Below are positions 47,679 through 56,820 of a DNA stretch of 64,000 bases, piece after piece (positions within the stretch are counted from its first letter, which is position 1; every line of letters begins with the position of its first letter). This stretch comes from a virus (lineage: Duplodnaviria > Caudoviricetes). A program made the translations under genes and the position numbers. Under the pieces are notes generated by a model, which had not been told where the DNA came from, searched no databases, and saw only the letters and a list, made by a program, of their open reading frames with translations. Where the stretch lies: positions 32,001-96,000 of the IMG/VR virus record IMGVR_UViG_3300029288_002061; one strand, given 5' to 3'.

Positions 47679-48118
47679 GTCATAACTCCTTCTAGATTAA
47701 TCTTTAAAAGCGGTCTACTTTATTATACAAAATCCCCCGCTGATAAAAATTTTCCAGAAATTTTTACCCCCTATGCCTTTTTTCATCAAAAATCCAAAAT
47801 CCACTTGACAACAACCCCCTACCCCTTACGAATTTCACTTTCCTGAAAATTTGCCGTAAAACGGATGGGGGCGCAATCATACCCTAAAAAACCATTAAAA
47901 AAGTAAATAATTATCCAAGTAAAAAGACCCCCTCCCCCTCGGGATAGGCTTGGCGGGTGGGTGCTGGGGATATGTATAGAGAGGGCTATAAACGTATACA
48001 TATCTAGGTGGATATACATAGGTATACCGATTTTAGTGTATATATGGGTATATTATGGTATAAATAAGTCATTGGCCGCCGCGAACGGTGGTTAGTAGTG
48101 GTGATGAGAGGATTTAAG

Positions 48119-48292
48119 ATGGATAGCCGCGATTATAGGGGTGACAGGGATATTGGTATGGGTGGTGATATAGGAGAAGATATGGATATAGAGGATATGG
48201 AGTTAGCAGAGGATTATATAGCCGCCGTTTTTGGTGTTTGGGAATCCGCTTCTGAGGATGGTTATTTTTTGGATACCCACGATATAGGGTAA
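48119..48292 (+). CDS. Highly acidic 57-aa protein
   Basis: GAGAGG RBS before ATG 48119; about 18 of 57 residues are D/E. Confidence 0.5.
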   Translation: MDSRDYRGDRDIGMGGDIGEDMDIEDMELAEDYIAAVFGVWESASEDGYFLDTHDIG

Positions 48293-48304
48293 GGAGGATT
48301 TACC

Positions 48305-48460
48305 GTGATAAGGGATTTCTTGAATGATATAGCCGATAAGGGTGTTGAGTTTCTACAGCGCCACGAAAGTCTTGAATTTATGGCTTTCTGTTGTATGGGA
48401 ATAGCTCTATTGCCGTTTTTGACTATCGGGTATGTATGTTCCCGCTTTTCTGGTAAATGA
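48305..48460 (+). CDS. 51-aa putative membrane protein (not in ORF track)
   Basis: AAGGAGG RBS at 48291-48297, GTG start; MIRDFLND...FMAFCCMGIALLPFLTIGYVCSRFSGK*. Confidence 0.55.
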   Translation: MIRDFLNDIADKGVEFLQRHESLEFMAFCCMGIALLPFLTIGYVCSRFSGK

Positions 48461-48476
48461 CTGCATACGTATGCAG
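48461..48476. repeat. Palindrome copy 12 (between convergent stops)
   Basis: ctgcatacgtatgcag. Confidence 0.95.
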
Positions 48477-48478
48477 TT

Positions 48479-49984
48479 TCAAGTATCCTGTGGTAGCCAG
48501 TTCTTTCCTTTACATGCCGCGATATTGAAGCTTTCCCACAGGTTGCTATCCTGAAAGGTGAAGTGACCTGTTCCTTTTTTATACAGCCTGAAATCAAAAA
48601 ATTCACTTTTTCCAAATAAACACCTCTCTTTACAGGCCGCTTCTATGGATTCAGAGGTCTTTTTGATGGTATCGAAAGATTTTCCGCTCAAAAAGCACAA
48701 TCCACGGTCGATATCGTTCAATTTTTGGGTCTGGTTCCACGATATATGGGGTGTCCCGAATGTCCAATCTACTACAAATGGTAGGATAATCTTCTTATTC
48801 ACCCGCCAGAAATCGTTTGTTTTCCATCCTTCTACATGGATACGATTTTCCTTATAATATTTTGTCATAAGGTCAAAGGCTTCTATGATAGCCGCCTCGC
48901 CGATCTTGTTAGTGTTCAAAAACAGGGTATCCAAGAGCTTTATGACATTTTGCTGACTGAATTCTATGGAATACTGGCTTTGTTGAAGTTTCCGGAATTC
49001 TGTTTTGACACCTTCGGTCATAAATCGTTCCATTTGGGTAGTTCCAAAGACAGTTTCCCACGCGGCGCGGCGCAAGTCATTGACAAACACATTGAAAGAC
49101 TGCTTATAGACATCTTGGAAATCCTTTTTTGTAGCTATTCCGGATAGCTTTGTGGATCCCATAAAATTACAGAAGGCTTCTTGTACCGTTCCATGGCGGC
49201 TTCCCTCGGAATCACCCGCCATATTCCGACCGAATTGGCTTCCGCACAAAGAAAGCTCATAGAGGGATTTATAGGCGGTTTTGAAGGCTTCTAGTGTGGC
49301 ATGATAAGCATCTTCCATAGAGGCTATTACATCCCGCTTTGCCAGCATGTTCTCTACCGTATCCGGGGCGGAATCGTCAATCCTACTCTTTTGGAATCCA
49401 TTGGTGGAAAACAGGTCATTAATCCCGCTCAATTCCTTTTTGCTAAGGCGGATAATGGATACCTCTACCTGAGTCTTCCGTTCCGCGTCTTCAAATGCTT
49501 TCCCGGCATCCTCTACAGAACCATCATTGTCTTGAATGATCCGCGCCAAGAGCTTCCGTTGCTCTGTATAGGGATTCCGGAAAACTTCAGACGGCAGGAT
49601 AGCTACGAGATCGCCCGCTTTCAGGATGTCCCAAGCGTGCAACACATGTTCAACCCCGTGGGAAAATGGTGGATTCATGATTATAAGGTCATACAGTATC
49701 CAACCGCCGGAATAGCTAAGGAAGTCATCCCCGACAATGCGGAAGTCTTTATCTGATAGAATACTTCTCAATTCATAGTCAATTTCACAACAATGGATAT
49801 TCCTTGCCCTGTATTCCCTTCGGGAAAAGCATCTATCGGTTTGGTCAAGGATAAAATCAGCAATGTTTCCATTACCTGCGGATGGTTCTAGTATAGTCAT
49901 GTCTGATAAGGCTTCCCGGCTGTATCGTGATAACATCCGGGAGATAAGAGCTTCTGGTGTGGGATAAAAGTCATTTTCAAGCAT
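48479..49984 (-). CDS. N6-adenine methyltransferase-like + DUF4942 protein
   Basis: DFYPTP, ILEPSAGNG and IMNPPF; C-terminal EGWKTN...VNKKII...FFxFRxYKKGTxH. Confidence 0.85.
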   Translation of the reverse strand: MLENDFYPTPEALISRMLSRYSREALSDMTILEPSAGNGNIADFILDQTDRCFSRREYRARNIHCCEIDYELRSILSDKDFRIVGDDFLSYSGGWILYDLIIMNPPFSHGVEHVLHAWDILKAGDLVAILPSEVFRNPYTEQRKLLARIIQDNDGSVEDAGKAFEDAERKTQVEVSIIRLSKKELSGINDLFSTNGFQKSRIDDSAPDTVENMLAKRDVIASMEDAYHATLEAFKTAYKSLYELSLCGSQFGRNMAGDSEGSRHGTVQEAFCNFMGSTKLSGIATKKDFQDVYKQSFNVFVNDLRRAAWETVFGTTQMERFMTEGVKTEFRKLQQSQYSIEFSQQNVIKLLDTLFLNTNKIGEAAIIEAFDLMTKYYKENRIHVEGWKTNDFWRVNKKIILPFVVDWTFGTPHISWNQTQKLNDIDRGLCFLSGKSFDTIKKTSESIEAACKERCLFGKSEFFDFRLYKKGTGHFTFQDSNLWESFNIAACKGKNWLPQDT

Positions 49985-50335
49985 TTATTCCGCTCTTTCT
50001 AGGATCTTTTCCCGGATCTTTAAGACTGTTTTCTTCTCTTTTTCGGTAAGGTCTCTTATATAACCTAATTCATAAAGAGGTGAACCGGATTTTGTAGACA
50101 TGAAGACAACCGCCGTTTTAATCCTTGTCATTACCATGGCAATATAAAAGGTATCTCCGTTAGCTGAAAGTGCTTCACCCGCGCTATTTATGGCTTTTTC
50201 TTGTGACTCCCATATATAACGAATAATAGTTCCTATTGCTGACGCTTCCTGTATCTGATCATAACAGACTGGATCGTATACGACCCAACCTATAGCTTCC
50301 CACATGTTTTCTTCTGTAAGTTCTTTATTATCCAT
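49985..50335 (-). CDS. Small early protein (divergent DP/LTxxE paralog)
   Basis: GDTFYIAM...LTEKEK. Confidence 0.6.
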   Translation of the reverse strand: MDNKELTEENMWEAIGWVVYDPVCYDQIQEASAIGTIIRYIWESQEKAINSAGEALSANGDTFYIAMVMTRIKTAVVFMSTKSGSPLYELGYIRDLTEKEKKTVLKIREKILERAE

Positions 50336-50338
50336 GAC

Positions 50339-50614
50339 TTACTCTCTTACAAAGGTCAATTCTTCCACTTTACACTGGATTTCTTCAAAATGCTCGCCGT
50401 TTGGACCTGAAAGAATAAACCGGACCTTGACAATGCCTTTTCCAAAAGCGGTAAAAGAATCACTGACAACCCCGGTTTTTCCCATAAGAGAGACCTTATC
50501 CCCAACTGCGAAGGGATTTGGATCGTGTTCCGTCAATTTAATGACTGTCGTAAGACATAGCATACAGACAACAACAAATATTGCTAAACCTACCACCATA
50601 TCCCAGATTGTCAT
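50339..50614 (-). CDS. Small membrane-anchored protein
   Basis: N-terminal hydrophobic helix plus FxVGDKV SH3/KOW-like domain. Confidence 0.6.
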   Translation of the reverse strand: MTIWDMVVGLAIFVVVCMLCLTTVIKLTEHDPNPFAVGDKVSLMGKTGVVSDSFTAFGKGIVKVRFILSGPNGEHFEEIQCKVEELTFVRE

Positions 50615-50985
50615 TATGTATTCCTTTCTGTTACAAATCTTTTTTCAGCAGGCGTTAGTGTTCTATAATGGCTCCGTTTTCTCCTGAAATAGTCTCCATG
50701 CTCTTTCAGTACCATACCTCCTATGGTTTCTCTATACAGCAGGATATCGTCAATATGGAGTGCCACAAGAAGCGGATCCGCCCCGGAAAGATAATTCCGA
50801 AGATGCAAAAGAACCGATATACATGAATAATAGGAATCAAGCGGAACCGGTTCCGATTTTGTAGAATCAAGGGTTTCCGGGAGCATATACCGCATTCCGG
50901 TACTTTTCCACCTCGGTAAGCGTCTACCCGTCATAAGCCTTCTTTTTCCGCGTTTTGCGGTAAGGGCTTTAGTTATGTTAGTCAT
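50614..50985 (-). CDS. DP/LTxxE paralog
   Basis: DPLLVAL...LTPAEK. Confidence 0.6.
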   Translation of the reverse strand: MTNITKALTAKRGKRRLMTGRRLPRWKSTGMRYMLPETLDSTKSEPVPLDSYYSCISVLLHLRNYLSGADPLLVALHIDDILLYRETIGGMVLKEHGDYFRRKRSHYRTLTPAEKRFVTERNT

Positions 50986-51274
50986 AAGCCAGCCGCCTTA
51001 TCAGGAAAGCCTTTTCTTTTTTAGTCAATAGTAGCTTCTTTGGCTTATTATAAGATCGCGGCGCACCTATACTTATATGCCAGAACTCCTTAGCAAGCGG
51101 TTTTGGTTGTAATACAAAAAAGAAGCATCTTGGGAAGTCCATAGCCGCCACAAAAGGGTCTATTTTGGTATTCAATAGAGCAGCTAGCCGCGTCCCGTAG
51201 GAATGTGGCATGGTTTCTCCATTGATAACGAAAAACCAACGAGCATATTGTCCTTTTTTAGGCTGTTTTCTCAT
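50978..51274 (-). CDS. DP/LTxxE paralog
   Basis: IDPFVAAMDF...LTKKEK. Confidence 0.65.
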   Translation of the reverse strand: MRKQPKKGQYARWFFVINGETMPHSYGTRLAALLNTKIDPFVAAMDFPRCFFFVLQPKPLAKEFWHISIGAPRSYNKPKKLLLTKKEKAFLIRRLAYD

Positions 51275-51275
51275 A

Positions 51276-51626
51276 TTAAATCTCTTTATTCAACCTTCGG
51301 ATAAGGAATTGTTTTTCTTTGTTTGTCAACATAACCTTTTTTGTTTTTTGCCTAAATGAATAGCCATACTTAACACCGGGAAATCCTTGGGCTTGCATTA
51401 TCCCTGATAGCACGTCATCTTTTACTTTTAGGCTACATTTGAATACCGTTTTCTGGAGATAACAGCCCCGAAAGTCAAGAGCGGCTACAAAGGGGTCTAT
51501 TTCTGTACACATTAAAGCTTCTAACCGAGATGTTTGTGCCGCGTAATGACTACACGCCTCCACAAAAGACCATAGTTGTGTCGTCCGGCGGGTTATTTTC
51601 ATCCGTTTTGACCTAGAACGCTTCAT
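51276..51626 (-). CDS. DP/LTxxE paralog
   Basis: IDPFVAALDF...LTNKEK. Confidence 0.65.
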   Translation of the reverse strand: MKRSRSKRMKITRRTTQLWSFVEACSHYAAQTSRLEALMCTEIDPFVAALDFRGCYLQKTVFKCSLKVKDDVLSGIMQAQGFPGVKYGYSFRQKTKKVMLTNKEKQFLIRRLNKEI

Positions 51627-51638
51627 GTTTCACCCTTT

Positions 51639-51654
51639 TTGCAGACGTATGCAG
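51639..51654. repeat. Palindrome copy 13 (upstream of start)
   Basis: ttgcagacgtatgcag. Confidence 0.95.
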
Positions 51655-51735
51655 TCCTAAATAGCAGGATTCTTATGGTTTCTTTGAAAAAGATCGGGAA
51701 ATTCCGTTTTCTGACAGCAGTATTGTTAGGGTACT

Positions 51736-52128
51736 CTACCAAAGTGTCCATGATACATCTTTCGCTTCGATAGTAGCATTAGATACATTATAGCCTATAC
51801 ATTCATGGTTTACGCTGATACTGTATTCACGATTGTCTGAACATAGACTATTTACAAAATCAAAAACAGAAGCAAACGGACGACAGGGAAAACACTGTAC
51901 AACATGTCCTACTCCACATAAATCTATTTTTAGGATATCTGGATATATAGGTATTTCAGGATAACTTTCCCGGCCAACTATCCGCATATGAGGCATTTTA
52001 AAAGCATATTCGACCGAATCACGATACCTTGCCTGTGCCAGAAGGCAATAAAATATTGCCGCGCCCTCTGATTTGCAGAGTAAGACGGTCTTTTTATCAT
52101 CAAGATCGATATATTCAAGACGGAACAT
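51736..52128 (-). CDS. Hypothetical protein
   Basis: ORF within the operon. Confidence 0.55.
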   Translation of the reverse strand: MFRLEYIDLDDKKTVLLCKSEGAAIFYCLLAQARYRDSVEYAFKMPHMRIVGRESYPEIPIYPDILKIDLCGVGHVVQCFPCRPFASVFDFVNSLCSDNREYSISVNHECIGYNVSNATIEAKDVSWTLW

Positions 52129-52130
52129 GA

Positions 52131-52562
52131 CTATTCCTTAGATTTCAGGCTTTTCTTGATTTCTTTAAGCCGCTTATATGCGACGGAAGACTTCCACGAT
52201 AAATCGGAATCCTTTGCTTCACAGAAAGCATCCGATACAAGCGTTGAAAGACTGTCATAGAGGTCTTCTACCGGCCTCCGCTCTTCAATGGTCTTGAGAA
52301 GCGTCCGCTTTAGCAGGATAGCCTTTGGGGATAGTTCTGAATCATCCGCCAGAGCGTATTCCCGCCAATTTGAGCGGATAGCTTCATACAGTTCCTCCCG
52401 GAGATTGAACAGTTTCTTGGAATAAACGTCAATACCCAGTGACTTGCAGCGGATTACATAGAATCCGCCGTCTTCTTTGATTTGGAACGTCTTTGTCTTC
52501 TTGAATACCAGAACGGTCTTACCGAAGGGTACTGTGCTTACCGGCAATGGAATTGATTTCAC
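52131..52562 (-). CDS. Hypothetical protein, possibly HicB-like fold
   Basis: EDGGFYVIRC..LGIDVYS...L.E pattern; weak. Confidence 0.45.
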   Translation of the reverse strand: MKSIPLPVSTVPFGKTVLVFKKTKTFQIKEDGGFYVIRCKSLGIDVYSKKLFNLREELYEAIRSNWREYALADDSELSPKAILLKRTLLKTIEERRPVEDLYDSLSTLVSDAFCEAKDSDLSWKSSVAYKRLKEIKKSLKSKE

Positions 52563-52573
52563 GGTGTTTTCTC

Positions 52574-52816
52574 CTAGAAGTCTTCAGGTACTGCCGCAAT
52601 GACATAGGATCCTCCGCTTTTTGTCCTGACGCGGGAGATCTTACCGTAAAAATGGATGTAACTTTTACTGAATTCGTCCCGGTCAAGCAATTCTACCGCT
52701 TCAATATACTCGGTATTCAGGACAACCGTATCATTTGAAGGGAAAAAGCCGAAGACTTGCTTGCCGTCCCGCTTTTCATAGACATACTGAGCTTTCTTAA
52801 ACAGTCTCATAGCCAT
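52574..52816 (-). CDS. Hypothetical protein
   Basis: ORF within the operon. Confidence 0.55.
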   Translation of the reverse strand: MAMRLFKKAQYVYEKRDGKQVFGFFPSNDTVVLNTEYIEAVELLDRDEFSKSYIHFYGKISRVRTKSGGSYVIAAVPEDF

Positions 52817-53070
52817 TTCTTAACCCTTTCATCCTGTTTCAGGATATCATAAACGTGTTTGATAGCCACAACCAGACAAAACTGGCCGAAAAAGAATGTT
52901 GCAACCCCCACAGTGGCCATAAGCATCGCAGAAAGGTACACAAACAGGAACATGGCGAAAGAATCGTAGTTCCTCCACCAAAGTGAAAGGGATTCCCCCA
53001 GATAGCACATAAGGGAGCATACACAGAGACTTGCCGCCCCGCCGATAAACCAAAGGATAGCTTTTTTCAT
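52807..53070 (-). CDS. Two-TM membrane protein
   Basis: Two hydrophobic segments; GGAGG RBS. Confidence 0.6.
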   Translation of the reverse strand: MKKAILWFIGGAASLCVCSLMCYLGESLSLWWRNYDSFAMFLFVYLSAMLMATVGVATFFFGQFCLVVAIKHVYDILKQDERVKKWL

Positions 53071-53082
53071 AGTGGAATCCTC

Positions 53083-53364
53083 CTAGTAAACGTCTTCCCG
53101 TTTTTGGGCTGCCTTGGAGACATAAACCGGTTCATTGAGCGATTCAATGACTTCCGCCGGATAGTCAACCTTGTCCAGTGTTACAGTCTTGCCGTCAAAT
53201 GCTTCATAGGGAGCGCGATATACCCAGCGTCCCCCGTCTTTCGGGATGATATAAACATATCCATCCGATTCCTTCAAAACTACGGCCTTGCGTTCGGTCT
53301 TCTTGCCAAAGAATTCAACCCCCGACAAGAGGTTATTCATGATATCCGTACTGACTCCGGCCAT
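53083..53364 (-). CDS. Hypothetical protein
   Basis: Start coupled to the upstream stop (TGATG). Confidence 0.6.
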   Translation of the reverse strand: MAGVSTDIMNNLLSGVEFFGKKTERKAVVLKESDGYVYIIPKDGGRWVYRAPYEAFDGKTVTLDKVDYPAEVIESLNEPVYVSKAAQKREDVY

Positions 53365-53555
53365 CAGGCACCCACTTTCTGAATTCGGTTTTCAAGTTCC
53401 CTCAAATCGGAAAACGCCATGTCAACTTCATGGTCTTCACTTCCGGATTCGGCTTCGTCTTCCGCCTCATAATAGATTTCAACGATTTCGGCTTTGTGTT
53501 CGGGATACTTCTGAATGAGCGCCTTGCAATGCTTTGCCAAATCAGTAAGCCGCAT
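53364..53555 (-). CDS. Small acidic early protein
   Basis: AAAGGGG RBS; first gene after the sigma70 promoter. Confidence 0.6.
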   Translation of the reverse strand: MRLTDLAKHCKALIQKYPEHKAEIVEIYYEAEDEAESGSEDHEVDMAFSDLRELENRIQKVGA

Positions 53556-53615
53556 GATTATCCCCTTTCTCTTGTTTGTGAGCGTTCGCGCTCGCTTGTT
53601 TGATCTTACACTTTT

Positions 53616-53644
53616 AATATACAGCACAAACAAGCATTAGTCAA
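53616..53644 (-). promoter_or_regulatory. Sigma70-type early promoter
   Basis: TTGACT-N17-TATATT with upstream T-rich tract. Confidence 0.8.
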
Positions 53645-53661
53645 GAGAAAAATGAGAATTT

Positions 53662-53976
53662 TTATTCGTTATTTCTCCTCTTAAGTATTTGGGCTGTTTC
53701 ATCCGCCGTCAAACGGTGGATTCTAAGGCCGTTTCTTACCAGATATACAGCCGGATACCCGATAGCTAATTCCATAGGGTCGAGTTGATTTACTCTTTCA
53801 GTAAGATAGTCAATACACTTTTGTCTTGTACGTTCCGCCGTCCAGAATTCACGACCCTCCATCTGGACTTCCCACGGATAGTCATGGACACAAAAGCTAT
53901 ACACAAAGGTATCCAATAGACACCTGAGCGGATGTAATAGAGTCTTGGCCGCGCCTTTAAGGGTTTGTTTCAGCAC
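53662..53976 (-). CDS. DP/LTxxE paralog
   Basis: LDPMELAIG...LTADE. Confidence 0.6.
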   Translation of the reverse strand: MLKQTLKGAAKTLLHPLRCLLDTFVYSFCVHDYPWEVQMEGREFWTAERTRQKCIDYLTERVNQLDPMELAIGYPAVYLVRNGLRIHRLTADETAQILKRRNNE

Positions 53977-54187
53977 AATCTATCCCCATAATCCGGTTAA
54001 GATGCTCTTCTGATATCTTTTCTAGCCGCCCGTTATAGCTTATTTTAACCTCTTCCATAGCAAATAGAAGCGGTTCTAGCTGCCCGTCCCGGACAAGTAT
54101 CCTCAGATAGTCTATAACCGAACCCATATGGGTAAAGCGGATGATATTACCCCGTCCGATTCTTACCGCAAATTTGTGCTTAGCCAT
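53957..54187 (-). CDS. DP/LTxxE paralog
   Basis: LEPLLFAMEEVK...ISEE. Confidence 0.65.
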   Translation of the reverse strand: MAKHKFAVRIGRGNIIRFTHMGSVIDYLRILVRDGQLEPLLFAMEEVKISYNGRLEKISEEHLNRIMGIDCAETNP

Positions 54188-54193
54188 CCTGTT

Positions 54194-54445
54194 CTAATCC
54201 TCATCACTCCCGACGATGTATTCTAGATCATCTTTGGATAATGTTACTGGCTCCCCGCGATTAAATACCTTAACTTCTCCCATAGCAAGCAACAAAGGAT
54301 CTACAACCCCGTCTTTGAGCAATCTCCTGATGTTTTTCAAAGCATCCTTAAAGGTCTTATATCGAGGTCTTGCGCTACCAAAGCTAACCGTGTATGGAAG
54401 GGCTTCGTCCAGAACGGATTGTGGAATCTGAAAGGGGTTATCCAT
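54194..54445 (-). CDS. DP/LTxxE paralog
   Basis: VDPLLLAMGEVK...LSKDD. Confidence 0.65.
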   Translation of the reverse strand: MDNPFQIPQSVLDEALPYTVSFGSARPRYKTFKDALKNIRRLLKDGVVDPLLLAMGEVKVFNRGEPVTLSKDDLEYIVGSDED

Positions 54446-54722
54446 GATGTTTTAGTCCTTTGGCTATATAGGCGATTTCTGATGGTGTTAGCCGCTCTTT
54501 TACTGGGTTTCCGTCTTCATCCTTGACATAAGTATTAACAAGGAATGTTTCCGGCATTCCCATAGCAATATACAGTGGTTCATATAGGTCTGCATGGACG
54601 CGGATATGATTTAAGGCGGATTCCCGCAAACGATGTCCTGAGCTACTATTGTGTGAGCATACAACGTCCCACTGACCTTTAGAGACGTTTTCCCATGCCA
54701 AACTATCCTTTTTCTTACTCAC
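54438..54722 (-). CDS. DP/LTxxE paralog
   Basis: YEPLYIAMG...LTPSE. Confidence 0.6.
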   Translation of the reverse strand: MSKKKDSLAWENVSKGQWDVVCSHNSSSGHRLRESALNHIRVHADLYEPLYIAMGMPETFLVNTYVKDEDGNPVKERLTPSEIAYIAKGLKHHG

Positions 54723-54735
54723 TTTTCACCCCTGA

Positions 54736-54751
54736 CTGCATACGTATGCAG
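54736..54751. repeat. Palindrome copy 14 (upstream of start)
   Basis: ga-ctgcatacgtatgcag-tc. Confidence 0.95.
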
Positions 54752-54882
54752 TCCTTTTTCTGTATTTATCTTAAATTATTTTACTAACTCTTTATACCAT
54801 AATGACTTATGACTTCTACTATTTAGGAATATGCAGAATCTTTAGCTCTAATATACCCCACAATAGTGTTTTTAGCAAGGTT

Positions 54883-55226
54883 TTATGTCAATTCCGGCTG
54901 TTTTTGGTCGGAATTATTCAGATTTTCAGGATTAAAAGTTAAACTCCCCACAATATCGGAATAGAGATCGAACCGGATAAGTCCTGAGAGGATATAGTCA
55001 TCCGTAACCACAACAAGGACATATTTGTTCTGGTTTACCATAAATTCTAGTGGATCCTTGACTATACCGATCTTTTTTCTCGGTCAAAGATATCTTGGAT
55101 TGCCGCATCGAAAGAACTCTTAAACCGACTTTTTCTAAAATAAAAAGAAGACTTTATAACATTATCCCCTATATCGAACCCCTTTATTGCCGGTGATTCA
55201 ATATCAACAATGGCGTATTTACTCAT
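54883..55226 (-). pseudogene. Frameshifted DP-family paralog
   Basis: MSKYAIV...FDRE, then an A6 run at 55073-55078; the -1 frame continues IGIVKDPLEFMVNQNKYVLV...ELT*. Confidence 0.65.
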
Positions 55227-55524
55227 GGTCAAGTCCTGTTTCATCCAGCCGATTTATTGAGATAAGAATACCTTCCGCAAAAGCGGATCCGTCCTTGACT
55301 ACTTTCCACGTAAGAAGCATATATGAATCCAAGGACAATGCGAATTCAAACGGGTCATCATGAAAATCCCGAGTATAAGCGTCTATGGCTTTTTGTGCGG
55401 AATCAACATAATACTTTCTAAATAGATTATCATCCTGATAACCTATTTTCCAGTTTATAAAGCCTTTGGCGTCTTTTGGGACTACCCTATACAGATAATC
55501 CGGCTTACCGTCGATATAATTCAT
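55219..55524 (-). CDS. DP-family paralog
   Basis: DSAQKAI...DDPFEFALSLDSYML. Confidence 0.6.
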   Translation of the reverse strand: MNYIDGKPDYLYRVVPKDAKGFINWKIGYQDDNLFRKYYVDSAQKAIDAYTRDFHDDPFEFALSLDSYMLLTWKVVKDGSAFAEGILISINRLDETGLDHE

Positions 55525-55602
55525 TACTTATTCCACCTTAGGTGTTTATCACCGTAATAACCCTTATTACCCTTCGATAGCTTCAAGTGCTTCCGCTCCC
55601 AC

Positions 55603-55890
55603 TTAACCAATATCTACCGCGTCAAGCGCCGTAACACCTACTATCATATAATCATTGTGTTCTTCGTCATATTGGACACTATACAACAGGAAATCCTGAA
55701 GTTTTAGCATGAAATAGAATGGGTCTCCTAAAGGTGTGTCAATGCGGGAGAACACTTCAAAATGCTTTTGTATAGCTTCATCAACACTATCGCGTAAGAC
55801 TCTAGATAGGCAAACATCAGACGGAAAATGAGATCCTACTTTATAATATGGGCTTTCGGAGCATCCTTTAACAGCAACTAGGTACTTCAT
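55603..55890 (-). CDS. DP-family paralog
   Basis: DSVDEAI...GDPFYFMLKLQDFLL. Confidence 0.6.
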   Translation of the reverse strand: MKYLVAVKGCSESPYYKVGSHFPSDVCLSRVLRDSVDEAIQKHFEVFSRIDTPLGDPFYFMLKLQDFLLYSVQYDEEHNDYMIVGVTALDAVDIG

Positions 55891-56711
55891 TCGTTTTCTC
55901 CTTCTTTCTTGCCGCCGTTGGCGGTCTGCATGATGAAGTCAACCACCTTGCACACCCGTGCCAGAACCGCAACACAAGCATCCGCCATGTTCTTATCGGT
56001 CTTTTCCGCCCAGTGGGTGATATACTCGTAAGCGCCGCCAATATCGGCCTCTTCGGCCTTGCCCAGCATGGTCAAGAGAACCGCGCCGCCAAGCTCTGCC
56101 ACAACTTCGTTATAAGCATAGTCACCCTGCTTCTTGCCGATAGTGCCAAGCTTATCATCGGCGGCATGCATCAATTCATGCGCCCATGTCGAGAGATTCT
56201 TAACTGCAAGAGTGATACCCTTGCCGAAAGTGTAGCAACCGAGAGCTTCACCGTCTTTGCCGTTTTCGGCGTCAACCGTCAACCCCCACGCCTTTGCCAC
56301 TTCAATCAGCGGGAGAGCGTCGATATACTGGGCAACGTCTTCGGCGGTCTTCGGGAGTTCCTTCCCTTCGGTCTGTTCAAGTCCGAACACCGGAACGCCC
56401 TTGAAGCCGTAGGTGATATAGCGGTCTTCACCCGCTTCATTCGTGATCTTGCTCTTGAGCGGGGCAAGAATGTAGAACGCCTTTTCACCCTTCTTGACGT
56501 TCCGCCCGAGGTCTTTCCAGCCGTTGAACCCCATGGCATCGGTATAGCCGTTCAGGGCGACGATGAAGCGATTCATAAGGCTATAACCCTTGGCATGATT
56601 GTCACGGCAACCCGCGATATACGCTTGCGCGATAGCGGCGGGAACGGTACCGGTCTGGAACGCATTGACGATCTTCGCCGCAACCTCTTCGCTCTTGCCG
56701 TAGAACTTCAT
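55887..56711 (-). CDS. ardC: ArdC-like antirestriction protein (ssDNA-binding + zincin domain)
   Basis: YSxxN, GFxxWKxLGRxVKKGEKA, VFxxEQTEG, AHELxH and EVVAE motifs. Confidence 0.85.
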   Translation of the reverse strand: MKFYGKSEEVAAKIVNAFQTGTVPAAIAQAYIAGCRDNHAKGYSLMNRFIVALNGYTDAMGFNGWKDLGRNVKKGEKAFYILAPLKSKITNEAGEDRYITYGFKGVPVFGLEQTEGKELPKTAEDVAQYIDALPLIEVAKAWGLTVDAENGKDGEALGCYTFGKGITLAVKNLSTWAHELMHAADDKLGTIGKKQGDYAYNEVVAELGGAVLLTMLGKAEEADIGGAYEYITHWAEKTDKNMADACVAVLARVCKVVDFIMQTANGGKKEGENE

Positions 56712-56767
56712 GATGATCCCCTTTCTTGAGTGTCGCGCCCCTTTGCGCGTTTTAATCTTACATATTG

Positions 56768-56796
56768 AATATACACTACAGAAGCTTGTTAGTCAA
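56768..56796 (-). promoter_or_regulatory. Sigma70-type early promoter for ardC
   Basis: TTGACT-N17-TATATT; flanks resemble the 53616 promoter. Confidence 0.8.
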
Positions 56797-56820
56797 GAGA
56801 AAAAACAGAATTTTATTAGA

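Noticed and set aside
47805-47833. Plus-strand TTGACA promoter
   Set aside because: No convincing -10 box at 16-18 bp spacing.
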